DNA from: Clostridia bacterium
GTDB taxonomy: Bacteria; Bacillota; Clostridia; Christensenellales; CAG-314
DNA length: 64,000 nt
Assembly: GCA_017457305.1 (NCBI GenBank)
Contig: JAFTHP010000014.1
Coordinates: 17,066 to 81,065, forward strand
Direction of reading: 5' to 3'
Below, one piece after another: positions 1 through 7,206 of this stretch (the stretch's first letter is position 1; each line of letters begins with the position of its first letter). Below the pieces are notes generated by a model. The model did not search any database. It was given only the letters and a program-made list of their open reading frames with translations, and was not told the DNA's origin. Both the position numbers and the translations under genes were made by a program.

Positions 1-117
1 CTTTAACACCGCCGCACAGTACGCTAGCGCAATTGGTTCTGTACAGCCCATAGCTGGCACAAGTTCTTCGTTTAGTATATCCACGTAGCTTTGGTAAAGA
101 GAATCGTTTATTTTCAT
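1..117 (-). CDS. UPF0597/YhaM-type serine-dehydratase-like (L-cysteine desulfidase family) protein, first 39 codons only; the gene runs off the window start
   Basis: My own reverse-strand translation from the ATG at 117 gives [39 protein letters not shown]. The P-A-x-GCTEPIA block is the hallmark N-terminal motif of this family. Confidence 0.6.
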   Translation of the reverse strand, partial: MKINDSLYQSYVDILNEELVPAMGCTEPIALAYCAAVLK

Positions 118-238
118 TAGATTTTCCTTTGTAAAAATGATGGTTTAATTGTACCGCCAAATAGCAAAAAAATCAATACAAAACGGATAATTACTGCCCA
201 TTTTGATAAAAATTGCCCTACATTTTTGCTAGTGCATA

Positions 239-268
239 TTGACTAGTGGCGGTCAAAAACAGTATAAT
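239..268 (+). promoter_or_regulatory. Sigma-A-type promoter for the GH4 gene
   Basis: TTGACT (239-244), 18-nt spacer, TATAAT (263-268), about 55 nt upstream of the ATG at 322. Confidence 0.5.
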
Positions 269-321
269 GATATCATCACAACTACAGCAACCACGCTTGT
301 AAAAGCAAAGGCGGATAGATT

Positions 322-1728
322 ATGAGAAAAATCAACATATGCTACATTGGTGGCGGATCAAAAAACTGGGCAAGGGTGTTTATGACAGACCTTGCGCTGG
401 AAGAAGGGCTTGGCGGCACAATATCTTTGTACGATATCGACCTGCCAGCGGCACAGCGCAATGCTCAAATTGGCGAAAGAATAAACGGTCATCCAAATTG
501 CAAAAGCAAATTTCGCTACAAGGTGTGCGAGCAACTAGACGATGCCCTTGTTGGGGCGGATTTTGTTATTTTGTCCATTTTGCCGGGAACCTTCGACCAA
601 ATGCACAGCGACGTTCATTGCCCCGAGCAATTTGGCATATATCAGTCGGTAGGCGACACAGTTGGTCCTGGTGGAGTACTGCGTGCAATGCGCACAATCC
701 CCTTGTACGAGCAGTTTGCCGTCAAAATCAAGGCAATTTGCCCAAATGCTTGGGTGATTAACTTGACCAATCCAATGAGTGTATGCGTAAAAACATTGTA
801 CGACGTTTTCCCACAAATCAAGGCATTTGGTTGCTGTCACGAAGTGTTCCACGCACAGGATTTTTTGGCATTGGTGCTTAGGGAAATCAAGGGCATTGAT
901 GTAGATAGAAAACAAATTTACACCGATGCGTGCGGAGTTAATCACTTCACTTGGATAACAAAAGCCTTTTATCAAGATATCGATTTGTTAAAACTTATCC
1001 CTGCCTTTGCCCAAAAGTATTTTGAACAAGGCTACTACGAAAAACCCGGTTGCGACAGATTTGCCTTTTTGACCGATTCGTTTGCCTACGGAAACAAGGT
1101 GAAAATGGATTTGTTTGCCAAATACGGCGCTCTAGCAGCCGCTGGAGATAGGCATTTGGCGGAGTTTTTGCCAAACGATTGGTATCTGACCAACCCACAA
1201 ACTGTAAAAGATTGGGCATTTTTGCTTACAACTGTGCCTTTCCGCAAGCAAAAGCAACAAGAACAAATAAACAAGTCAATAAAGTTGGCTAGCGGAGAAC
1301 TGTCAATAGAGCTAAAGCAATCGGACGAAGAGGCCGTTGCAATAATGAAGGCTTTGCTTGGCAATGGTCCCTTGGTAACAAACGTAAACCTACCAAACAA
1401 CGGACAAATGAGCCAACTGCCTATCGGTAGCATAGTGGAAACAAACTGCGTTTTCTCCCACAACAACGTTAGTCCTGTGGTTTCGTTGCCGTTACCTAGC
1501 GGTGCAGTCGATTGGGTTCAACTCAACTGTCAAAACATTGACAATACCTTTGCTGGAGTGAAAAGTCGCGATCTAGCGTTACTTGAGCAAGCATTTGCTA
1601 GTCAGCCCTTGTGTTGTCACCTAAGCAAGCAACAAAGCCACCAGTTGTTCAAACAAATGTGTTACAACACGCAGGAGTATTTGCAACCTTATTTTGACTT
1701 AGATAGCTATTTTAAGAGTACAAGATAA
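322..1728 (+). CDS. Glycoside hydrolase family 4 (NAD+/Mn2+-dependent alpha-glycosidase type)
   Basis: 468-aa ORF. N-terminal dinucleotide fold MRKINICYIGGGS, internal GCCHEV cysteine motif, and length and layout typical of GH4. Confidence 0.8.
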   Translation: MRKINICYIGGGSKNWARVFMTDLALEEGLGGTISLYDIDLPAAQRNAQIGERINGHPNCKSKFRYKVCEQLDDALVGADFVILSILPGTFDQMHSDVHCPEQFGIYQSVGDTVGPGGVLRAMRTIPLYEQFAVKIKAICPNAWVINLTNPMSVCVKTLYDVFPQIKAFGCCHEVFHAQDFLALVLREIKGIDVDRKQIYTDACGVNHFTWITKAFYQDIDLLKLIPAFAQKYFEQGYYEKPGCDRFAFLTDSFAYGNKVKMDLFAKYGALAAAGDRHLAEFLPNDWYLTNPQTVKDWAFLLTTVPFRKQKQQEQINKSIKLASGELSIELKQSDEEAVAIMKALLGNGPLVTNVNLPNNGQMSQLPIGSIVETNCVFSHNNVSPVVSLPLPSGAVDWVQLNCQNIDNTFAGVKSRDLALLEQAFASQPLCCHLSKQQSHQLFKQMCYNTQEYLQPYFDLDSYFKSTR

Positions 1729-1819
1729 AACATTTAACACACAAAACTGTATAATAGCAAAAATAAAAGCACATCAATGATGGGCTTTGTTTTTTTTGTT
1801 TGTAAGTGGTGCGGTTGAA

Positions 1820-2836
1820 CTAGTCAATCTTTACAATTTTGGATTTTACAACCAGTTCGTCAGCTGTAATTTTTTGCAGTTCCTTATCTAAATTGTCAAA
1901 GCTGATTGTTTCGCCAATTAGACCATCTACCTTTACGGTGTTGGTAACAAGCAAGTTGATTGCCGAAGCAAAGTTGCCTGCGCCGTTGTACACGCCAAAG
2001 ATGTTTAGGTGCTTTTGGCAAATTTGGGAAATGCTAATTTTGCTTTCTTTACTGCTGTAGCCAGCCAAGCAAATGTTAGCGTTTACCGATGCTACCGATA
2101 CAACGTCCTTAATTTTGAAGTCGCTATCGCTGAACAAAACAACTTCGCGACACATTCTTCCGCCAGTAACAAGTTTAAGTTCCTTTTCCAAATCCACCTT
2201 GTCGTTGTTAAAGCAGTAAAATACGCCAAGTTCACGGGCAGTTTCTAGCAGTTCTTCGTTGTTGCTAACAAAGATGGGCACCGCTTGGTAGTAGGCAACA
2301 AGTTGGGCAAGTATCAAACCGGTTTTTGTTGAGCTGAATATTGCAATGTGACGACCTTTTTCTAGGTTTAGGGCGTCAACTACGTTCAGGCAAAATGCCA
2401 CGTAGGAAACAAACAAAGCCTTTTCGTTGCTAAGGTTATCGGGCAATTTGTGTACCAGCATGTAGGGTAGATCTACAAAGTTTTGAAGCATACCGTTGCA
2501 GTTGTGGCCCAGTTCTTGCATGTTGCTGCACCTTTCGTAGTCGCCGTTGATACATTCGGTACAGCTTCCGCAAGGGATGTATGGCTCAATGGTAACACGA
2601 TCCATTTTGTCTAGCAAGGGGATTTCCCTTTGGTATACTTCGCTAACAACGCCAACTGCGTTGCGACCAAATACAAATGGGTAGTTGCACTTTGTGCTGC
2701 CATTGTACACATTAAAAGCCGATTGTGATAGCAGTACTTGTTCAATTTTGACTTTTACGGTTTCTTCTGCCAAAACAGTTGGTTCAAATTCCGTCAAGGT
2801 CAGTTGATTAGGTTGTTCCAAAATCCAGGCTTTCAT
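1820..2836 (-). CDS. Zinc-dependent medium-chain alcohol/polyol dehydrogenase
   Basis: 338-aa ORF. GroES-like N-domain, structural-zinc cysteine cluster CGSCTECINGDYERC and a Rossmann segment IAIFSSTKTGLILAQL. Confidence 0.75.
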   Translation of the reverse strand: MKAWILEQPNQLTLTEFEPTVLAEETVKVKIEQVLLSQSAFNVYNGSTKCNYPFVFGRNAVGVVSEVYQREIPLLDKMDRVTIEPYIPCGSCTECINGDYERCSNMQELGHNCNGMLQNFVDLPYMLVHKLPDNLSNEKALFVSYVAFCLNVVDALNLEKGRHIAIFSSTKTGLILAQLVAYYQAVPIFVSNNEELLETARELGVFYCFNNDKVDLEKELKLVTGGRMCREVVLFSDSDFKIKDVVSVASVNANICLAGYSSKESKISISQICQKHLNIFGVYNGAGNFASAINLLVTNTVKVDGLIGETISFDNLDKELQKITADELVVKSKIVKID

Positions 2837-3147
2837 GTTGGCTCCTTGGTTGTGTAGATATATTACTCTAATAGTATAGCAAACAACGCAAAAAAAATCT
2901 ACCCTTTTTTAAAAAACAGTTTATCAAAATATTTTTCGTGTTTTTATATCTATCAAATCAAATAGGCCTACAAATTATATTATAAGACCTAAAAGTATCT
3001 ATTTTGTAAAGTTTCCGTACTTATCTCGTTTTTGCGTCATCCAGAAAGAGGGTGTTGGTGTTTCAATAATTTGAGTTGGGTAGATGATCCCCGCAATACC
3101 CCTAAAACAAAAAATAAGTCGGCCGCATTTTAGAATGAGACCGACAC

Positions 3148-3168
3148 TGGCGGAGAGAACAGGATTTG
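3148..3168 (-). repeat. Exact 21-nt copy of the 3' end of tRNA-Ser(GGA) (T-loop 3' part, T-stem, acceptor 3' strand and CCA)
   Basis: TGGCGGAGAGAACAGGATTTG at 3148-3168 is identical to 3331-3351, the start of the tRNA read on the + strand. The sequences diverge immediately after. Confidence 0.9.
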
Positions 3169-3261
3169 CAAGGAGCGAAGCGACGGAATAGTGAGCCGTG
3201 CGAACGTCACGGGTTGTTGCCAAATGTTGTGCCCGAAAACTCAAGTTGGCACGCAAAAAGA

Positions 3262-3297
3262 AGAAAAACAAAAAGCAGTTCACGTTGCGTGAACTGC
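3262..3297 (-). terminator. Rho-independent terminator downstream of tRNA-Ser(GGA); the hairpin is bidirectional
   Basis: Stem GCAGTTCAC/GTGAACTGC (3275-3297) with a 5-nt loop. An A-run lies on the + strand upstream (a T-run in the tRNA sense) and TTTGTTTT lies downstream. Confidence 0.7.
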
Positions 3298-3330
3298 TTT
3301 GTTTTGCGACCACAAGGCGTGGCCAACTGT

Positions 3331-3419
3331 TGGCGGAGAGAACAGGATTTGAACCTGCGGAGGCTGTTAACCTCGCACGCTTTCCAAGCGTGTGCCTTAA
3401 GCCGCTCGACCATCTCTCC
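3331..3419 (-). tRNA. tRNA-Ser (anticodon GGA), class II with a long variable arm and encoded CCA
   Basis: Reverse complement is GGAGAGATGGTCGAGCGG...CACGC-TTGGAAA-GCGTG...GCAGGTTCAAATCCTGTTCTCTCCGCCA. The 7-bp acceptor, T-arm GTTCAAATC and 7-nt anticodon loop containing GGA were folded by eye. Confidence 0.9.
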
Positions 3420-3454
3420 AACTTATTTCAAGTGCAATTGCACTTTGCTGATAA

Positions 3455-3483
3455 ATAATACCAAAAATTGCAAAAATAGTCAA
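3455..3483 (-). promoter_or_regulatory. Promoter of tRNA-Ser(GGA)
   Basis: On the minus strand: TTGACT-N17-TATTAT, ending about 35 nt upstream of the mature tRNA 5' end. Confidence 0.6.
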
Positions 3484-3533
3484 ATGATATTGGGTACTTT
3501 TTTGTTTTAATTTGCTACAAGTATCATATTTTA

Positions 3534-3570
3534 CAAAAAAAGAGCAAATGCAATTTGGCACATTTGCTCT
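3534..3570 (-). terminator. Terminator of the SipW/TasA-like operon
   Basis: 10-bp stem AGAGCAAATG/CATTTGCTCT (3541-3570), followed in the minus sense by TTTTTTTG. It lies 13 nt after the stop at 3583. Confidence 0.75.
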
Positions 3571-3582
3571 TACGTAGTTTGT

Positions 3583-4572
3583 TTATCTAGAAAATGTAAA
3601 TTTCATGTCTGTTGGGTCGGTATCGGTGTTGTACACAAGCTTGAGATAGTATGTTGTGCCACCCCAACCAGAACCAGTCAATCTGCCTGACCAGCCATTA
3701 GCATTGGAATTTCCAACTGCTTGTTGACTACTGTTATATACTTGTGCTGTTAATCCTTCTACATGAGGAGTAAAGGTGTAATTAGCATTGCTATTAACAG
3801 TAAATTTAAAATAAACTTCTTTTTGTTGGTCAATATTTTGTACTGTTATAACCTCGCCAATGATTCCTGATTCCATGGTGATGGCGGTATTAAAGGAAAT
3901 ACCCTCTGCCCAAGTAGAAACGTCGTATGTTCTTGTTGTGGATTGTTGAGTTGGTGTTTCGTAGTAGTAAATTGCTCTAGAGTAACCAACGGTAACTTCC
4001 TTGGCAGAATAAGTTCCATCTGCCAAAACGGTAAACGTTGTACGGTTAACTGGATAAATGAAAGTTGTTTCGCTTACAAATTCTTCTTCTGGAATTATAT
4101 AGTTTCCGTCTTTATCCTTTGCGTCTACGTCTACGCGAGTAGTGTACAGCTCGTATGCAGGAACGCTGTTTAGGAACTTGATAATAACAGTTAGTTCGGG
4201 ATATTCGTCAATGCCTAAAATTTCTCTTAATGCTGAAGCTTCGGGATCGTCAGCTGCAAGCTCGTTGATTGGCCACCATGCACTGCCCTTATCCTTTCTT
4301 GCTTCAATAATTTCGTCCAGTTCAGTTGAGTTGTTGTCTTTTGCAATTTTGTTTACTTCTTCAACAAAACGCTCCGTTACTGCAACTTCTCCCGATACCA
4401 TTTCATTTGCCCCCGGCAAATATGTGAACGGTTCAACTTTTAGTTGAAGGTCTTGTTTAAGTAGATGTGGTGGATCTATTGAATAAGTAAATGTCGCATA
4501 GACACCACCTATCGATAGCACTGTAATAACAAGCAAAAATATTGCTAAACCGTGGGTAATTTTTCTAGTCAT
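3583..4572 (-). CDS. Secreted protein with a SipW-cognate (TasA/camelysin-class) signal peptide and a PPC-like C-terminal domain
   Basis: ORF 3583..4608 trimmed to Met13 (MTRKITHGLAIFLLVITVLSIGGVYATFTY), giving an 8-nt overlap with the stop of the upstream peptidase gene. The GGVYATFTY signal end matches the SipW-substrate pattern. The last ~75 aa (YFKFTVNSNANYTF...GTTYYLKLVY) resemble a pre-peptidase C-terminal beta-sandwich. Confidence 0.75.
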   Translation of the reverse strand: MTRKITHGLAIFLLVITVLSIGGVYATFTYSIDPPHLLKQDLQLKVEPFTYLPGANEMVSGEVAVTERFVEEVNKIAKDNNSTELDEIIEARKDKGSAWWPINELAADDPEASALREILGIDEYPELTVIIKFLNSVPAYELYTTRVDVDAKDKDGNYIIPEEEFVSETTFIYPVNRTTFTVLADGTYSAKEVTVGYSRAIYYYETPTQQSTTRTYDVSTWAEGISFNTAITMESGIIGEVITVQNIDQQKEVYFKFTVNSNANYTFTPHVEGLTAQVYNSSQQAVGNSNANGWSGRLTGSGWGGTTYYLKLVYNTDTDPTDMKFTFSR

Positions 4573-6037
4573 TTTTACCCTCCACAATCCAGCCGTTATG
4601 TTTCGCAATTATTGCAACAAGTTCTTTTGTCCACTTGGTCTTTCTGTCGGAAGAAAGTTTTATGCGCATTGGGTAATTTTTGAATATGGATTTGTGGGAA
4701 ACGTTTTCAAAGATATACTTTGTGTTTACATATTGCATTGGATCAAGAGCCATGTAGGCATTGAGGGTTTTTCCCCTGATACTTAATCGGCAAATAGCAA
4801 TATTACCACATCTGTACGTTTCGAATCTTCTACCACGAATAACTCTTATATTCTTTATTTTTCCAAGATAGTCAGAAATCTGTTGGTATCTAGATAGCAG
4901 TGGTTCGGTTGCAGTAGTAAGTTTTTCGGCAAATGATTTGCCCTTGCCAAAGGAACCAAACTTATCAACATCGGAGTCTTGTTCCGTTTGATTAGCAGTA
5001 AGTTGTTGGTCAAAATCTTCCGTATCGAGTATTGCAACAGTTTCGTTTAGAGATTGTTCCGTAGCTCCTTCTGTATCCAATGCTACCCTGTCATCTAAAA
5101 TATAAATATCTTCGGTGAGTTGTTCTGTAACACTGTCGTTAGTAATGGCATTGTCTGCATCTGTGCTTATTGTTGCTAAGCTTTCATTTGCAGTAATACA
5201 AGCGCTAGTTGTTAGGGCGGAGGATTGTTGGGCTGATGAGTCAGTTGTTGTACCTGTTAATAGCCCCAACAGCATCAATCTCTTGTTTATTTCTTCTTGA
5301 ATTTTCTTTTCTGCAATTGCAGTTGCCACAATTGCAAATACAATTAGCAAAACGCATAGCCAACCAGCAGGAGATTGCATGAACATTACAAAACTACCAA
5401 TAAAGGGGAGTCTTTCTCCTGCATACAATCCCTTCATTTGGCTATATCTAACTGGGAATCTATCCGTTACTTCGTTAGCATCACCCTGTAGCAAGAAATA
5501 TCTTTCATTTGGGTGCTTTTCGTTTCTTTCTTCAATAGCTACAATTCTGTGAATAATTAGATATCCATCTGTTTCGTATACAACGATATCGTGAACATTC
5601 AAATCGTCTTCTGCGGGCAACTTGTGTATAAAAACAAGGTCAAACATTTGGATTTGATCGTTGACTTCGCCTTGTTCTAGGAAGCCGTGTCTATCATTGA
5701 TGTAACTCATACTTTTACTTTTTACAACGTTAAGTACAGGCACGTCCCCAGTGATTTTGCCTTCATTAAATGTTACAGATAGTGAAAAGCCAAACATTAC
5801 TAACATTGCAACACAACAAAGCCCAAGTAAAAGCTTGTCAAATACTTTACCAGCAATCGACGGCCTTTTTTCTTGCGCTTTTATATATTCTTGCTTTATT
5901 TTTTCGTCATTTACGCCTGCTGAAATCAATTTTCTATACAGCTTGATTAGCCACGCGGTAAGAGTGGTAAAGGATACTGTGAGAATTATGAAAACTATCA
6001 AGCACAAGACGAATTGATATGCGTCAAAATGTTCCAT
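4565..6037 (-). CDS. SipW-like (ER/archaeal-type, S26B) signal peptidase I fused to a ~250-aa C-terminal cytoplasmic extension
   Basis: 490 aa. Catalytic boxes VKSKSMS (Ser109), IIHRIV (His163) and QGDAN (185-188). TM segments lie before and after the catalytic domain (224-241). Residues 242-357 are an acidic S/T/Q/D-rich linker and 358-490 form a basic globular-looking domain (SFAEKL...IRGKTLNAYMALDP...MRIKLSSDRKTKW). Confidence 0.8.
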   Translation of the reverse strand: MEHFDAYQFVLCLIVFIILTVSFTTLTAWLIKLYRKLISAGVNDEKIKQEYIKAQEKRPSIAGKVFDKLLLGLCCVAMLVMFGFSLSVTFNEGKITGDVPVLNVVKSKSMSYINDRHGFLEQGEVNDQIQMFDLVFIHKLPAEDDLNVHDIVVYETDGYLIIHRIVAIEERNEKHPNERYFLLQGDANEVTDRFPVRYSQMKGLYAGERLPFIGSFVMFMQSPAGWLCVLLIVFAIVATAIAEKKIQEEINKRLMLLGLLTGTTTDSSAQQSSALTTSACITANESLATISTDADNAITNDSVTEQLTEDIYILDDRVALDTEGATEQSLNETVAILDTEDFDQQLTANQTEQDSDVDKFGSFGKGKSFAEKLTTATEPLLSRYQQISDYLGKIKNIRVIRGRRFETYRCGNIAICRLSIRGKTLNAYMALDPMQYVNTKYIFENVSHKSIFKNYPMRIKLSSDRKTKWTKELVAIIAKHNGWIVEGKND

Positions 6038-6065
6038 AATGAATGTCGCTTGTTTTTCATTGAAA

Positions 6066-6099
6066 ACGCATCCCGTGCAACAATGTGCACGGGATGTGT
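6066..6099 (-). terminator. Intercistronic stem-loop (candidate leaky terminator or attenuator) between the first gene and the peptidase gene
   Basis: Perfect 11-bp stem CATCCCGTGCA/TGCACGGGATG (6069-6096) with a 6-nt loop. In the minus sense it is followed by only UUUUC. It sits in the 98-nt gap between 6136 and 6037. Confidence 0.4.
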
Positions 6100-6135
6100 T
6101 TATATCATAAGATTTTATTTGATTTTATCAACTAA

Positions 6136-6864
6136 TTATTCTGGGAGTACAGTTTGGCTAGGTACCTTGTTGGAAATGACTGTACGGATAAATCCATTGA
6201 TAGCTGTCTTGAATGCAGCATATTCACTTTCTACGTCCAAAACAAAGTCGTTTAGTGTAAATACGCTTTCCATGGAGCGAATGTCATTAGCTTCATCAAT
6301 AAAAGTAAAGTAGAACACCTTGTTTACGTTGTCATATTCCCACACAAAGTTTCTTGTTGCATCCATTAGGGAGATATCTGTGCCCATTGGGTGAATGGTG
6401 ATGTAATTTTCTGTGTGATAAGTAAAGCTAAAGATGTTATGAGCTGTTCCTTCTGCATTGTAGTTGCCTTCGCCATCAGTTTTGTAAGTCATGCCACTGT
6501 CGCCAAACCACAAGTAAGTTGTTACACCTTTTGTTTGAATATCTTTGCCTGCTGTTGCGTTTGGAGTAAATTTGAATGTTACTTTAGCATCAGCATCTCC
6601 AGCCTTGAGTTCATAGTCCAAAACGGCTTTGTAGTACTTGGAAGGGTCGGTGTCACCACCTTTTGCTTGATCAATTCTACCTTGTACGAAGTTTGATTCA
6701 ATTGTATATGAACCAACTGTTCCTTCTATTTCAACGTCTTCCATAATAACACCTTTTGGTGAAAAAGTATGGATTTGATCATTACCTACATAGGTCCATG
6801 TAGCGTATACGCCACCGATTGTTGCGATGAGAAGAAGTGCAACAAGTAAACTTAGTTTCTTCAT
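6136..6864 (-). CDS. Secreted protein with a SipW-cognate signal peptide (candidate major TasA-like subunit)
   Basis: 242 aa. MKKLSLLVALLLIATIGGVYATWTYVGND has the same signal class as TasA. AAGGAG RBS lies 7 nt upstream. It is the first gene behind a strong promoter. Confidence 0.8.
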   Translation of the reverse strand: MKKLSLLVALLLIATIGGVYATWTYVGNDQIHTFSPKGVIMEDVEIEGTVGSYTIESNFVQGRIDQAKGGDTDPSKYYKAVLDYELKAGDADAKVTFKFTPNATAGKDIQTKGVTTYLWFGDSGMTYKTDGEGNYNAEGTAHNIFSFTYHTENYITIHPMGTDISLMDATRNFVWEYDNVNKVFYFTFIDEANDIRSMESVFTLNDFVLDVESEYAAFKTAINGFIRTVISNKVPSQTVLPE

Positions 6865-6897
6865 AATAAAATCTCCTTTCTTGTAATATTGAATTGA

Positions 6898-6916
6898 TTA
6901 TCCCCAAAGGGGATAA
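6898..6916 (-). promoter_or_regulatory. Perfect 8-3-8 palindrome in the operon leader (operator or 5'-UTR hairpin)
   Basis: TTATCCCC-AAA-GGGGATAA lies between the predicted -10 element (6936-6941) and the RBS (6871-6880). Confidence 0.45.
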
Positions 6917-6935
6917 GCAACTTCAAGATGGTACA

Positions 6936-6964
6936 ATTATGCTACAAATATAATCAATTGTCAA
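6936..6964 (-). promoter_or_regulatory. Promoter of the SipW/TasA-like operon
   Basis: Minus strand TTGACA-N17-CATAAT, checked base by base. Confidence 0.65.
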
Positions 6965-7052
6965 GACTTTTAAATGAAAATGATTAATAATTAATTAATT
7001 TTTTCCGTCGCCGGTAACACTAGCGGAAAGAGCTTTGCTTGTTTTTGTAGCT

Positions 7053-7086
7053 AAAAAAGCATCGTCTTACAAGATCGATGCTTTTT
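7053..7086. terminator. Bidirectional terminator downstream of the EEP gene
   Basis: Stem AAGCATCG/CGATGCTT (7057-7084) flanked by an A-run and a T-run. Confidence 0.55.
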
Positions 7087-7206
7087 ATAAACACGTAAAG
7101 ATGCGTACTGTTGTACATGTTTAAGTGCTAAAACGTACAGCTTGCACTGTTAAATTGTATATCATGTGCATATTGATAATAGATTGTTTTCTGTAGAGTG
7201 TCTTTT

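Noticed and set aside
2999-3510. ORFs of 68-140 aa crossing the tRNA loci: 2999..3421, 3166..3510, 3198..3458, 8314..8577, 8322..8570, 33677..34048 and 33799..34032.
   Set aside because: They run through tRNA genes, terminator hairpins and the repeat modules. The apparent peptide similarity between loci (for example YSVASLL) simply reflects the conserved nucleotide block, and the frames are not preserved between loci.
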